Made by a program: the position numbers and the translations under genes | The notes under the pieces: model-generated | Seen by the model: the letters and a program-made list of their open reading frames with translations, nothing else | What the model was told of the DNA's origin: nothing | The model's database searches: none | Shown here: positions 1 through 10,498 of the stretch, piece after piece | How positions within the stretch are numbered: position 1 is the first letter of the stretch | Layout: each line of letters opens with the position of its first letter | From: Verrucomicrobiia bacterium | GTDB lineage: Bacteria; Verrucomicrobiota; Verrucomicrobiia; Limisphaerales; UBA1319 | Length of the DNA stretch: 64,000 nucleotides | Assembly: GCA_963664225.1 (NCBI GenBank) | Contig: OY760937.1 | Coordinates: 1,920,001 to 1,984,000 of the forward strand | Reading direction: 5' to 3'

Positions 1-2262
1 GCAGGTATCTATGCCTCCAAATGCACCAATTCGTGGATTGCCAACAACCTTATCATGGCGAATTTCCAGACTTCATTTCCCCTCAGCGGAAATGGCGCTG
101 CAGGGGGCATTTTTTGCGACCAATATGTCACCGGAACGATCATCAACAATACGATACTGAATAATTTGGGAGGGGCCTCAGGGCTATGGTGTGGCAGTGC
201 TCAGGTGGTGGTCCTGAACAACATTATAGCCTTTAACTCTACAGGTGTGGGAGGCATTTCAAATATCCAGTTCACAAACAACTGTGTTTACGGCAATGCG
301 ACAAATTATTATGTTAAAATCCCCGATCTGACTGGAACGAATGGCAACATTTCGCTCGATCCAAAGTTGGATGGTAACGCTCAACGTCCCGGATGGCACT
401 TGATGCCGGGATCTCCCTGCATCGGCACAGGAGACATCAGCCTGGTTTCACCCGATTGGCGAGATATCGATGGCGAGCCCCGAATCCAGGATTCGCATGT
501 GGATATTGGAGCGGATACCTTTCAGGCGGATTATTCGCCAGCACCGCCACTCATCATTTATGTCAGCCCAACAGGTGACGATCACAATGACGGGCTGAGC
601 TGGACGACAGCCTTGCGATCAGTACAGACAAGCATGGACCGGGCTGTCCTGACACCCAAGGATATCTGGGTTTCGGAAGGCACCTATCATGAGCGAATTG
701 TCATGAGGGCTTTAGTCAATTTATTCGGTGGGTTCTCTGGAGTCGAAACCAACCAAGACCAGCGGGATTGGAGCCGCAACGCCACGATTCTGGATGGCCA
801 GGGCTTGGGGAGCGTGGTCCAAATGAAATTTTTGCCCGGCTTAATCCGGCTGGATGGATTCACCATACAAAATGGCCGCGCACCTACCGGCGGTGGTGTT
901 CTTGCCCGGCTATGTTCACCGTTCATTGCTAACAGCATCATACAAAGCAATAGTACATACCCGAGTTCCGGAATAACCACCTCAGGTGGGGGAGTGCATT
1001 CCGAAAGATGCTCGTTAGTTCTGTCCAATAATCTCATCCAACGCAATGATGCACGTTCAGGGGGCGGAGTCAGCATGCGGTCCGATACAGGGGATATCGT
1101 GGTGAAAAACACCTTCGAATCGAACCGAGCCCTGCAAACAGAATCGTCGACTTATGAGGATACCGGTGGTGCGGGCCTCTGGGCGACAGAAAGTCGAACT
1201 ATGATTCTGAATAATTTGTTTCACTCAAACATTTGCACCAATCAAACGCGGTGGATGAACCTCACTGCTTATGGTGGAGCTATTTATTTTCGCCAAGGAT
1301 ATGCGAATTCTTTTGGCACCAGCACAATTTGCAATAACAGCTTTATTGGTAACAAAACCGCAAGTTGCAACGAATCCGGGGGTATTGCGTTGCGCGTAAC
1401 CATGAACACCCTGTTTGCAAACAACCTGTTCGCGTATAACTCCTCAGGAATCTATTGCAGTTCAATTACCAACATTCAATTTTTGAATAACTGCGTTTTC
1501 TCCAACACCGCCTTTAACTACAATGGCCTCACCAGTCCGACAGGCACCAACGGCAATATTTCCGTGGACCCTCTATTTATACCTGGAACATACCAACTCT
1601 CTTCGAATTCCCCATGCATCGATGCGGGTAATGATTCGGTGATCACGCCGGATATGTTGGATCTCCTGGGAGCACCGCGGCTGCAGGGAGCGCATGTGGA
1701 TATCGGGGCCTATGAGTATGCGGCGACGGGGGATTGGACGAGCTTTGTGCCGGGTGGAGAATTGGTCCATGTCACGCCGGTAACGGTCGGTGGCATCACC
1801 TATGTGCAATGGCAGTTTGAGTTTTCGGAGTCAAAGTATCGGATGATTGAGCCGGGAACCGTGAACACGGACGGCACCAATATCGCGTGCCGATTCAATC
1901 TTGAAAAATGGTCTGGAGCGGAAACTCCGGGAACGAATGTTCTCGCGGGAACGTTCGTTCTGGGGGCGTTGAGTCCGGTAGATTACACGCTGGGGGTTAG
2001 TGTGAGCGGCACCGAGGTGAAGACCGTGCCGTTCAGCATATCCGCAGAGAAGGCTTCGACTTTAAGCTGGCAGCAGCGGAGTGAAGGCGCGCTGAAGTTG
2101 CAGGTGCTCGGGGTGGCGGATGTGACCTACCGGTTGCTCTGCGGGACGAACCTGATGAATTGGGAGATTCTTTCGACACATCGCGGGGCGCCGTTTGAGT
2201 TGGAGGTGACCAATAACGCGGACATTCCCACGCTGTTTTACCGGGTGGAGATCGTGAAATAA
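1..2262 (+). CDS. Secreted right-handed beta-helix repeat protein with choice-of-anchor-Q-like motifs and C-terminal FYRV domain (5' truncated by window edge)
   Basis: Frame is open from base 1 (AGIYASKCTN...). Repeated 'NN(T/L)I..N....GGG', 'TGTNGNISxDP', 'SPCIDAG' and 'VDIGAYE' motifs; 'IYVSPTGDDHNDGLSW' (DUF1565-like); ends TLFYRVEIVK. Confidence 0.75.
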   Translation, partial: AGIYASKCTNSWIANNLIMANFQTSFPLSGNGAAGGIFCDQYVTGTIINNTILNNLGGASGLWCGSAQVVVLNNIIAFNSTGVGGISNIQFTNNCVYGNATNYYVKIPDLTGTNGNISLDPKLDGNAQRPGWHLMPGSPCIGTGDISLVSPDWRDIDGEPRIQDSHVDIGADTFQADYSPAPPLIIYVSPTGDDHNDGLSWTTALRSVQTSMDRAVLTPKDIWVSEGTYHERIVMRALVNLFGGFSGVETNQDQRDWSRNATILDGQGLGSVVQMKFLPGLIRLDGFTIQNGRAPTGGGVLARLCSPFIANSIIQSNSTYPSSGITTSGGGVHSERCSLVLSNNLIQRNDARSGGGVSMRSDTGDIVVKNTFESNRALQTESSTYEDTGGAGLWATESRTMILNNLFHSNICTNQTRWMNLTAYGGAIYFRQGYANSFGTSTICNNSFIGNKTASCNESGGIALRVTMNTLFANNLFAYNSSGIYCSSITNIQFLNNCVFSNTAFNYNGLTSPTGTNGNISVDPLFIPGTYQLSSNSPCIDAGNDSVITPDMLDLLGAPRLQGAHVDIGAYEYAATGDWTSFVPGGELVHVTPVTVGGITYVQWQFEFSESKYRMIEPGTVNTDGTNIACRFNLEKWSGAETPGTNVLAGTFVLGALSPVDYTLGVSVSGTEVKTVPFSISAEKASTLSWQQRSEGALKLQVLGVADVTYRLLCGTNLMNWEILSTHRGAPFELEVTNNADIPTLFYRVEIVK

Positions 2263-2382
2263 GATGACGCAGTTCAACCGTCGCCACGCGATGGGGCATT
2301 GCGTGCGGCGGCAATGTGTTGTTCTGGGGGGATTTTGAATTCCGAAATGATGTCCGGCTTCAAATGTCTCTGCGATACGACA

Positions 2383-2420
2383 GCCGAACCGGCTGAAGCC
2401 GGGACTCCATGCCCCGGAAC
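2383..2420. repeat. REP-like palindrome (GGAGTCCCGGCTTCAGCCGG family)
   Basis: ccggctgaagccgggactccat; the same element recurs at ~40460, 42665, 42910, 43485, 44300, 56580 and 56670. Confidence 0.7.
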
Positions 2421-2512
2421 GGCGGGGCGCGTGTGGCGGCGAACAACGCATCCATGAAGGCCGGTTGGGCCTTTTGGAATGGGGGCCTCTGTGTTTGGAC
2501 AGGCTCCGGCAG

Positions 2513-2552
2513 AAAAAGGCCCGCGTCCAATGGATTGATCGGAAGCGGGCCT
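2513..2552 (-). terminator. Intrinsic terminator after DUF1080 gene
   Basis: aggcccgc...gcgggcct stem with an A-tract on the + strand (U-tract on -). Confidence 0.5.
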
Positions 2553-2581
2553 GCATCAAAAACCTAGGTTGGACGACCGCC

Positions 2582-3634
2582 TTATTTGGTTTTTGTCCCC
2601 TTCATGCCGCCATCCTCCCCGACGGAGACGTACACCACTTTGTTGTCCCCTTCGGTCTTGAAGTCGCATTGCACGTCGGTGGATTTGGCAAAGAACTTCG
2701 TGGGGGTTTCGGCAAACAACACGAAGCGGTGACCCTGGAACAGGAGAATCAACTGGCCATTATCCTTGAGGATTTCCGCATTGTTATTGCGGCTGATTTC
2801 ATATTTGCCGACATAACTTTCGAGCAACGCATTGGCCAGCGTAAACTCCTTGTGATGCGCGGGCTGACCCAATTCGCGCACCCAGATGTTGCGGTAGCGC
2901 ACGGGATTGCCATGGTCCTGGAGGCAGATGGGCTGTTTCTCGGGATGGGGCTGATAGGGAGCGCGATCCAGCCAGCCGGTGGGACCGGTGAGTTCGACGT
3001 TGTTTTGAATTAGCACGCCATTAAGAAAGGCGGTGATGCGGGCCGGGGACAGAAGCTTCCCGGCCGCGTCGAACCGGGGTGCGGTGTAAAGGATGTCGTA
3101 GGTCTGCCATTGGCCCGGAGGACGTGTGGCATTGACCAGGGGAGGATACTGGCCATAGACGGAACCGGCGGCACCGTCCGCGTAGGTTTTGCTGTTATAG
3201 GAGTCGAGCACCTGGATTTCGTAGCGATCCATTCCCAGAAAGACGCCGCTGTTTCCCCGGCCCTGGCTGTTCCCCTCGGGCGGTGTGGGAGCGGCCCACT
3301 CCACATGCAACTGGCAATCCCCGAAATTCTGAAGGGTGCGGACGTAGCCGCTGCCGGGCACGCAAGCCATGTATCCATCTTTGGCAATCCATTTGGTGGG
3401 GCTGCCGTCCATGGAAACCCATTGGGAAACGTCCTTGCCGTCGAAGAGAACGACCGCGTCCGAGGGCGCTTTGCCGACCTGATCCTGTGTGCTGGCCAGA
3501 CCGGGATCGATGACCGGCGCCATGGGGCGTAAGCGGTCGTGGTCCACCCAATTGGGATCGGGTTGGGCCATGGAATTCAAACCGAGCGCGGCCAGGAGGA
3601 CCACCGCGCCACCGAGAGCTTTTGTGGTATTCAT
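2582..3634 (-). CDS. DUF1080 (3-keto-disaccharide hydrolase-like) protein with small C-terminal domain
   Basis: Signal peptide; 'PSDAVVLFDGKD', 'GQGRGNSG'-like 'SQGRGNSGVF', 'YEIQVLDSY', 'LQDHGNPVRYRNIW'. Start placed at MNTTKA (3634). Confidence 0.85.
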   Translation of the reverse strand: MNTTKALGGAVVLLAALGLNSMAQPDPNWVDHDRLRPMAPVIDPGLASTQDQVGKAPSDAVVLFDGKDVSQWVSMDGSPTKWIAKDGYMACVPGSGYVRTLQNFGDCQLHVEWAAPTPPEGNSQGRGNSGVFLGMDRYEIQVLDSYNSKTYADGAAGSVYGQYPPLVNATRPPGQWQTYDILYTAPRFDAAGKLLSPARITAFLNGVLIQNNVELTGPTGWLDRAPYQPHPEKQPICLQDHGNPVRYRNIWVRELGQPAHHKEFTLANALLESYVGKYEISRNNNAEILKDNGQLILLFQGHRFVLFAETPTKFFAKSTDVQCDFKTEGDNKVVYVSVGEDGGMKGTKTK

Positions 3635-3854
3635 GATGATTTTAAATTGTGACAACGTGTTGGAGGATCAGTGAATCAGGTTGGCTTAAAAAATCAACAG
3701 CCATTGAGATGCCAGATTATCAACGTGTTGACGCCTGGCCGGGTTGCGTCACTGACAGGCCCGGAGCCATTATTTGGCCATCCCTGGAAGGAAACAGGCC
3801 GCACAACCGTGATTTTGCGCTTGCGATTCCGCGTAATATTGCGATAAACACGGC

Positions 3855-5282
3855 ATGACTAACTCACAGAATAATTCCGCTCAATTGCCGTCGTACATTG
3901 CGAGCGCCGTGCCTAATCCACCTGGCAGCCGGGCTCCATGGTACAAAAACACCGCTCCAACTTATGCAGGCATCTTCCTGTGGTTCGTATTCTGGCAGGA
4001 TGCCGTGAATGCGCCCAGCCTGGGTGGTGGCCTGTCACAGGGAATCGGTTTGGCCCTCGGCAGCCTGGTTCTGGCCGCGCTGGTTTGCCATTTTCTGTTT
4101 TACCTGGTGCCGGGCATGCTGGGCATGAAGACGGGTTTGCCGCTGTATATCGTTGGCACATCGACATTTGGGGCCACGGGCGGCTTCGTGATGCCTGGTT
4201 TCATCATGGGAGTGCTTCAATTCGGCTGGCTGGGTGTGAATATTTATTTCTCCTCGAAGGCGCTCAATGAGATGATCGGCCTGGCGCACCCGGAGATTCT
4301 GATGGTACTCTGGGGTGTATTAGCCGCGTTCATGGGCCTTAAAGGCATTCAATATGTGGCCAAAGTGGCCTCCCTGCTGCCCATCATTCCATTTGCCATT
4401 TTGCTCATCCTGCTGGTCAAGACCATTGGAGGTGTCAGTTCCTTTAATCCCGCGGATTTGATCGCGAGTAATAAAATCCTCGCTCCGACCGCTCCGGCGG
4501 CTCTGGATTCGATGGGTGTTGTGGCGCTGATCCTGACCTACGTTGTTGGCTTTTTCGCGACAGCGGGCGCGGCGGGTTGCGATTTCGGTTCGGGCAATCG
4601 CGACAAGAGCGATGTGAAGATGGGCGGTCTGGTGGGTGTGGCCCTGGCCATCATCTTCACCATGGGCGCTTCCGCCCTGATCGTTGCCGGCGTTTATGGC
4701 AATCCTGAAATGCACAAGGCCGCAGTCACCGCTGCCGGCGCCAAGGGTGGTTTGATCCTGCAATCCACCGGATTGATCTCGGTGATCATGGGATCGGAAG
4801 CCGCCAAAGTCATCATGTTCCTGCTGGCGCTCACCGCGTTCCCCTCGGCCTGCTTCTCCTCGCTGATCGCGGCGAACTGCTTCAAGACCACCCTGCCAAA
4901 GGTTAATCCGTTCATCTCGGTGGGCATCGGCGCCGCCGTCAGTATCGCGCTGGCCGTCACCGGTTACGCGGGCAAAGTGGTTCCCGTATTCGTGATCATC
5001 GGCGCCTCCTTCGGCCCGATCTGCGGCGCGATGATGGTGGACTACCTGTTGTCCGGCAAACGCTGGGTGGGTCCTCGCGCGGGGCTGAATCCCGCCGGCT
5101 GGATCGCCTGGGCGCTGGGCTTCATCGTGGGCATCCTGCCCAATCTGGGCGTGGCGGTACCCGCCGCTCCCGTGATGGCCTTCATCGTGGGCGCAGTGGT
5201 TTATTTCGTCTGCGCCAAGGCGGGCCTGCAATCGGCCACGATCCCCCTGACCGGGGCCATGGCCAATGCGACCAAGGCTTAA
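3855..5282 (+). CDS. NCS1 / cytosine-permease family transporter
   Basis: About 12 hydrophobic helices; 'GMKTGLP...STFG' and 'FGPICGAMMVDY' motifs typical of the CodB-like family. Confidence 0.75.
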   Translation: MTNSQNNSAQLPSYIASAVPNPPGSRAPWYKNTAPTYAGIFLWFVFWQDAVNAPSLGGGLSQGIGLALGSLVLAALVCHFLFYLVPGMLGMKTGLPLYIVGTSTFGATGGFVMPGFIMGVLQFGWLGVNIYFSSKALNEMIGLAHPEILMVLWGVLAAFMGLKGIQYVAKVASLLPIIPFAILLILLVKTIGGVSSFNPADLIASNKILAPTAPAALDSMGVVALILTYVVGFFATAGAAGCDFGSGNRDKSDVKMGGLVGVALAIIFTMGASALIVAGVYGNPEMHKAAVTAAGAKGGLILQSTGLISVIMGSEAAKVIMFLLALTAFPSACFSSLIAANCFKTTLPKVNPFISVGIGAAVSIALAVTGYAGKVVPVFVIIGASFGPICGAMMVDYLLSGKRWVGPRAGLNPAGWIAWALGFIVGILPNLGVAVPAAPVMAFIVGAVVYFVCAKAGLQSATIPLTGAMANATKA

Positions 5283-5298
5283 GCTTAATTAGAAACAC

Positions 5299-5333
5299 AC
5301 CCCTCCCCGGCCACAAGGCTTGGGAGGGGTTTT
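5299..5333 (+). terminator. Intrinsic terminator
   Basis: acccctccc...gggaggggt followed by ttt, just after the stop codon. Confidence 0.6.
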
Positions 5334-5452
5334 CATGTACCGATGCAACACCTTTAAAAATATTTATTAAATCAGGGTTTGCCATCCGGCCCGGTAAGGA
5401 GCTATTATCACCGTCGTATCCGGCGTCTTGAAGAGTCTTAATTCTCCAAATC

Positions 5453-5896
5453 ATGTTTATGAGCGACGATCCAGAGCAAACAGCAGAGATCAAGGTGTAT
5501 GACCTCACCGAATCCGAAGCATCCTTCACGCCCAGACGCATTCTGATGCTCGAAGACGAAATCGAGTTCAGCAAAATCATCAAAGAGCTTTTGGAATCCC
5601 ATGGGTGCGTCGTGACTTGCGTTGGCAGCGGCACAGAGGGTTTCAAATGCGTCATGACTCAGGATTTTGACATCATTCTCTGTGACCTGCTCATGCCGAC
5701 CTTGCCTGGAGATATGTTTTACCTGGCGATTGAAAAAACCAGGCCCAAGCTCTGCAAGCGGTTCATTTTCATCTCGGGACACCGGGCCGATCCGCGCTGG
5801 GAGGCTTTCATCAAAAAGATCAACGGCATCATTTTGTGGAAGCCCTTCCCCACGGACGAACTTCTCGCAACCATAGATAGAGTGCTCGCATTTTAG
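5453..5896 (+). CDS. Single-domain response regulator (CheY-like receiver)
   Basis: 'ILMLEDE', phospho-acceptor in 'ILCDLLMP', 'FISG', 'KPF'. Confidence 0.85.
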   Translation: MFMSDDPEQTAEIKVYDLTESEASFTPRRILMLEDEIEFSKIIKELLESHGCVVTCVGSGTEGFKCVMTQDFDIILCDLLMPTLPGDMFYLAIEKTRPKLCKRFIFISGHRADPRWEAFIKKINGIILWKPFPTDELLATIDRVLAF

Positions 5897-6003
5897 TTTA
5901 TTCGAGATCCAACCAGTCTGGCAGCCTGTCCCTGCATCTTCCACTTACTTTCCGCTGGCCTCCATTGGCGGATTCCTTCCTGCGGCTATACCGCGCCCTG
6001 CAC

Positions 6004-8007
6004 TTAATCCAATAATTGGGCGGCGATCCGGCGGGCCTGCTCGATGAGCTTCAAATCGGTCGCCAGATTGCCAAAACGGAAGGGGGGAAGGCCGCTCTGA
6101 TGACTGCCCAAAAACTCACCTGGTCCGCGCAGCGCCATATCCTCCTCCGCAATGCGAAAACCATCGTTCGTTTCCGCCATCACTTTTAAACGCTGAATGG
6201 CCTCGGGAGTTTTGGCCTCTGCAATGAGAATGCACCAGGATGCCTGGCCGCCCCGCCCGATGCGCCCCCGCAACTGGTGCAGTTGGGCGAGGCCGAAACG
6301 ATCGGCGTTCTCGATGACCATCACCGTGGCGTTGGGCACGTCCACGCCGACCTCGATCACGGATGTGGCGAGCAGCACCCCGAGACGCCCCTCGCGGAAT
6401 TCTTTCATCACGCGCTCCTTTTCCACTGCGCTCATGCGGCCGTGCAACAATTCAACGCTGGAAGGAGCAAGGACGCGCCGTACGTTTTCCAATTCCGCGG
6501 TCACCGCCTTTAATCCGGCCACCTCCGGCGCATCGATCAAGGGATACACCACGCAAGCCTGGCGGCCTTTCGCCAATTGCTGGCGCACAAACTCCCAGAC
6601 TTTGGGGAGGCGGTCGGCCCCGCGAACGAAGGTGCGGACCTGGTTGCGGCCCAGACCCAGCCCCACACTGGGGGACTGGTCGAGCACTGTGATCTCCAGA
6701 TCGCCATAGAGCGTGAGGCCCAAGGTGCGGGGAATGGGTGTGGCGGTCATCACCAATAAATGCGGGTAATGCCCTTTGCGCAGCAGACGTTCCCTCTGGG
6801 AAACACCGAATTTGTGCTGTTCATCGATGATGACCAGTCCAAGTTTTTCGATCGTAAAGCCCTCTTCCACCAGGGCGTGCGTGCCAATGACCATCTGCGG
6901 TCGGGAGGACTCAAACAGGGTTTCCGACTCGGTTTTGATCGCACCCGTTTGCAGCAGAACTTCAATCCCCAGCGGTTCGAACCAGCGACAGAAATTATTA
7001 AAATGCTGGCTGGCCAGAATTTCCGTGGGGGCCATAAGCGCCACGTTGTAACCGCTCTCCAGAGTCATCAGCGCACAGGCGGCGGCGACCACCGTCTTGC
7101 CGGAACCCACATCGCCCTGAAGAAGTCGCCGCATCGGCTCCCCGCCAGCAAGGGCGGCCCGCAGTTCCCGCAGAACGCGCTTCTGGGCGTCGGTCAATTC
7201 AAAGCCCAAAGTGGCCAGCCAGGGTTTCATCCAATGATTATCCCCCGCGCATCGCAGGGGCGAGGCATTGCTCATGAGCTTGCGGCGGCGTCGTTGCAGG
7301 GAGAGCTGCAATTCGATGAATTCGTCCAGGGCCAGCCGTTCCCGCGCACGGCTGGCATCGGCAGATTCCGCTGGAAAATGGAGCGATTGAATGGCTTGGG
7401 CGCGGGATGGCCACCCGTTCACGTTCAATGCGGAATGCGGTTCCGGCAGAGACGCCCCGACGGATTGCACCATGCGCCAGACCAGGGAGCGGAGCGTTCG
7501 CTGTGTGAGTCCCTCGGTGAGTGGATAGACAGGGACGATGCGGCCCAAGTGGATGTTATCCGCCCCCGTATCCGCCTCGATCAATTCCGTTTCGGGATGA
7601 TCCATGGTGCGCGGTTTGACGGAAAGCGGTTTTCCAAAGACCATCACATGCTGGCCAATTTGAAAGCGATGTTGCATGAAGGGCAGATTCCACCATCGGC
7701 AATGCAGCCGGGCGGTGCCGTCGTCGATCACCATTTCAAATATCGATTGAGTGCGCTGCCGGAAATACTTCAAGCCCTGAACCACAATGGAGCCCTGAAC
7801 GATGGCGGGTTGGTCAAGGACAAGATCATGAATGGGAAGGAAATGGCGGCGATCTTCATAACGCCGCGGGCGCAAAAGCAATAAATCACCGATGGAATGA
7901 CATTTTATGCGGGCCAGCAACGATAAGCGGTCAGGCCCGACCCCGCCGACTTCGGAAAGGGGGGTGTCCACGGTCCATTGGATTGGCGTCTTTGCTGCCT
8001 CTGTCAT
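6004..8007 (-). CDS. recG: ATP-dependent DNA helicase RecG
   Basis: 'RLLQGDVGSGKT', 'APTEILA', 'IIDEQHKFG', 'MTATPIPRTL', 'RFGLAQLHQLRGRIGRG', 'RGPGEFLG'. Confidence 0.96.
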   Translation of the reverse strand: MTEAAKTPIQWTVDTPLSEVGGVGPDRLSLLARIKCHSIGDLLLLRPRRYEDRRHFLPIHDLVLDQPAIVQGSIVVQGLKYFRQRTQSIFEMVIDDGTARLHCRWWNLPFMQHRFQIGQHVMVFGKPLSVKPRTMDHPETELIEADTGADNIHLGRIVPVYPLTEGLTQRTLRSLVWRMVQSVGASLPEPHSALNVNGWPSRAQAIQSLHFPAESADASRARERLALDEFIELQLSLQRRRRKLMSNASPLRCAGDNHWMKPWLATLGFELTDAQKRVLRELRAALAGGEPMRRLLQGDVGSGKTVVAAACALMTLESGYNVALMAPTEILASQHFNNFCRWFEPLGIEVLLQTGAIKTESETLFESSRPQMVIGTHALVEEGFTIEKLGLVIIDEQHKFGVSQRERLLRKGHYPHLLVMTATPIPRTLGLTLYGDLEITVLDQSPSVGLGLGRNQVRTFVRGADRLPKVWEFVRQQLAKGRQACVVYPLIDAPEVAGLKAVTAELENVRRVLAPSSVELLHGRMSAVEKERVMKEFREGRLGVLLATSVIEVGVDVPNATVMVIENADRFGLAQLHQLRGRIGRGGQASWCILIAEAKTPEAIQRLKVMAETNDGFRIAEEDMALRGPGEFLGSHQSGLPPFRFGNLATDLKLIEQARRIAAQLLD

Positions 8008-8084
8008 GTGCTCTTGTCAAAACCAGCATGGGACAAACAAAGACGATGGCCAAGGGAATATTCCATTGGCCGCAGAACAAGAGC

Positions 8085-8324
8085 CTATTTCAACTTCGCA
8101 TGGCTGCCATCGCAGAATGGCTTTGTATTGGTGTGTTTGCAACCGCACCAAGCGACTTGTTTGCTTTCCATGATCTCGGCTTTTACGGGCGTAAATTCGC
8201 TCCCTTTATGCGAGCCGTTACAGAACGGCTGCGTGGCGGATTTGCCGCACGCACACCACCAGTAAGATCCGGGCTCCATTTTTTGAACATACGGCCCCTT
8301 TTGAGCAATGACAGGTTCAGACAT
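8085..8324 (-). CDS. CDGSH iron-sulfur domain protein (two CDGSH motifs)
   Basis: 'WCACGKSATQPFCNGSH' and 'WCGCKHTNTKPFCDGSH'; SD-like AAGGA before the ATG at 8324. Confidence 0.92.
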   Translation of the reverse strand: MSEPVIAQKGPYVQKMEPGSYWWCACGKSATQPFCNGSHKGSEFTPVKAEIMESKQVAWCGCKHTNTKPFCDGSHAKLK

Positions 8325-8721
8325 ATTATTTTCCTTTGATTTAAAACCCACCTTTCATGGAAAGCCACAAATGAACTGAGAAACAGCATAGTCCCTACGC
8401 TGAGAAAAGCAACCAGGCGGGAAACCGCCAAAATATTGCGCCCTGCTTGTTATCGGTCCGGGCTGCCTCCCTAACCCAACTTCAAGCAGGGCGTTTCTCC
8501 AGTTTCTTATGGAAAAAACCTGTGCGAGGCCGTAACGACGTACGGCCCATTGAAAATTTCTTACCCGCTACTTTCCGTATTGTCTAATGAAACCATAAAT
8601 ACCGATCCAATGTTTTCAAATCAAACGCGGAAACAACCAGCCAATTCCATAAGTAACACAGATCTTCGCGAATGCAAATGCATCCCGCGCATGTATTGGC
8701 AGGTAAAGGCACTGAGCTGCA

Positions 8722-9438
8722 TTACAGCTTTCGCCACTTGATGTTGCGAATGGCGCCAGTGGTGCACCACGTGGCCACGCCGAAGGGTTTGGAGGAATCG
8801 ACCTCCATGCGCGTGCTCATTTTGTGATCCTCGATCTTGAAATCGATAACGCGTTCCTCGTCCAGCCAGACCTGAATTTTTTCGTCCGTCACCTTAACCC
8901 GGACATGATACCACTGACCCTGTTTGAAAGACCGGAACGAGGTGGTCTGATTACTGGAGGCGTCGTTACCATCGATGCTCGAAATACCCACCACTCCCCC
9001 ACCCCAGCCACCGAGAATCAGCGAGCAGTATTCCTTTTTAACAGGAAACGTCAGGCCGCAAAAGAAATCCGAACCGTCCACGCGCATGCCGTCCAGGACC
9101 ACCTCGTATTGGGTCCGCGGCACGTCATTGGTCCAGGTGATGCCGGTCATGTTATTACCCAGACCGATAACGATGTGGTCCTTGTCCACGGTCACCTCTC
9201 CCTTGCCTGCGAAATCCGTTTCCTTCCAACCCTTGAGGGTTTTGCCGTCAAAGAGACTTTCCCACCCGTAAGTGACCTCGTCGGTTGAGGCCGTTTTGGA
9301 TGCGGCTGTCGGCGCATTGGTTTTTACAGGAACCGGCGCATTCGTGTCGTCCGCAGCCAGCGATAATCCAGCGCTCAGGCCCAGGCCGATTACCGCCGCG
9401 CAGGCCATCCGCGCCCATTGTGAAAGACTGATTTTCAT
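8722..9438 (-). CDS. DUF1080 domain secreted protein
   Basis: Signal peptide from MKISLSQ; 'LFDGKTLKGW', 'GSDFFCGLTFPV', 'GGWGGGVVGISSIDG'. Confidence 0.8.
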   Translation of the reverse strand: MKISLSQWARMACAAVIGLGLSAGLSLAADDTNAPVPVKTNAPTAASKTASTDEVTYGWESLFDGKTLKGWKETDFAGKGEVTVDKDHIVIGLGNNMTGITWTNDVPRTQYEVVLDGMRVDGSDFFCGLTFPVKKEYCSLILGGWGGGVVGISSIDGNDASSNQTTSFRSFKQGQWYHVRVKVTDEKIQVWLDEERVIDFKIEDHKMSTRMEVDSSKPFGVATWCTTGAIRNIKWRKL

Positions 9439-9537
9439 AAGTATTCCAAATTCGATTTTGCTTTTGCGTAATTTACACGGGCCGACCCCAAAAGTCAGCA
9501 CTGAATCCGCTGGCCAATTTTCGGAAATGATGTTTGC

Positions 9538-10485
9538 ATGGCGTCCATGCAACTCGTTCGGCGTGCGGTCATCGACGTTGGAACCAACTCTGTCAAGTTA
9601 TTGGTGGGGGAGGCCAATGGCGTCAAGGTGATCCCGTGTCTGGAACTGAGCCTGCAAACCCGTTTGGGGCGAGGGTTTTATCCCGCTCACAAGTTACAGG
9701 CAAAGGCCATAGCCGAAACAGCGGGCGCGGTCATGACATTCGCCCGCACCGCGCGCGATCAAGGCGCGGTCTCCACCCGGGTCATCGCCACCAGCGCCGC
9801 GCGGGACGCAGTCAACGCCGCCGACCTTATTGCCGCCATTCAAAAGTCGTCCGGTCTGGAAACTGAAATTATTTCAGGGGAGAAGGAGGCGCAATGGGCC
9901 TATCGCGGGATCGCCACCGATCCGCGCTTTGCCGGAAAACCGTTACTGGTCATTGAGGTGGGAGGCGGAAGCACACAGGTGGTCTTTGCAGATGCGGAGA
10001 ACCAACCCGTCTGCCATAGTTTCAAGTTGGGATCGGTCCGTCTCCTTGAGAAATTGTCAAAAGACGATCCGCCGCCACCCGGTGAATTAGCCGCCTGCCG
10101 GGCGCATGTGCGGGACTTCCTGAATCTTCACATGCGGCCTGCCATAGCGGACGCGCTCAAGAATTACCCCAATGGCACGATTCAGCTCGTTGGCTCCGGC
10201 GGCACCGCCAGCGTGCTCTGTTCCATGCGCCTGGGACTGACTCACTTTGACCGCGAGGCCATCGAATCGGTCACATTGCTTCGATCGGAGCTGCAAAGAA
10301 CGATGCTTCGCCTCTGGAGCCAGCCCCTGGCCGAGCGTCAAAAAGCTCCAGGTCTGCCACCGGACCGGGCGGATGTGATTCTCACCGGGATCGCCATTCA
10401 CGAAGTGTTGATGGATGCATTTGATTTCAAGACCCTGCGCGCCAGTACGCGGGGCATCAGGTTTGCCGCACTTTTGGAAAATTAA
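9538..10485 (+). CDS. ppx: Ppx/GppA family exopolyphosphatase
   Basis: 'AVIDVGTNSVKL', 'ATSAARDAVN', 'ISGEKEA', 'EVGGGST', 'RADVI'. Confidence 0.9.
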   Translation: MASMQLVRRAVIDVGTNSVKLLVGEANGVKVIPCLELSLQTRLGRGFYPAHKLQAKAIAETAGAVMTFARTARDQGAVSTRVIATSAARDAVNAADLIAAIQKSSGLETEIISGEKEAQWAYRGIATDPRFAGKPLLVIEVGGGSTQVVFADAENQPVCHSFKLGSVRLLEKLSKDDPPPPGELAACRAHVRDFLNLHMRPAIADALKNYPNGTIQLVGSGGTASVLCSMRLGLTHFDREAIESVTLLRSELQRTMLRLWSQPLAERQKAPGLPPDRADVILTGIAIHEVLMDAFDFKTLRASTRGIRFAALLEN

Positions 10486-10498
10486 ATTAACCGAGCGC

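Noticed and set aside
6760..7884. Long antisense ORFs (e.g. 6760-7884, 33860-35071, 53396-54289, 56488-57687, 59406-60515)
   Set aside because: They are shadows of well-supported genes on the opposite strand, as expected in GC-rich DNA.
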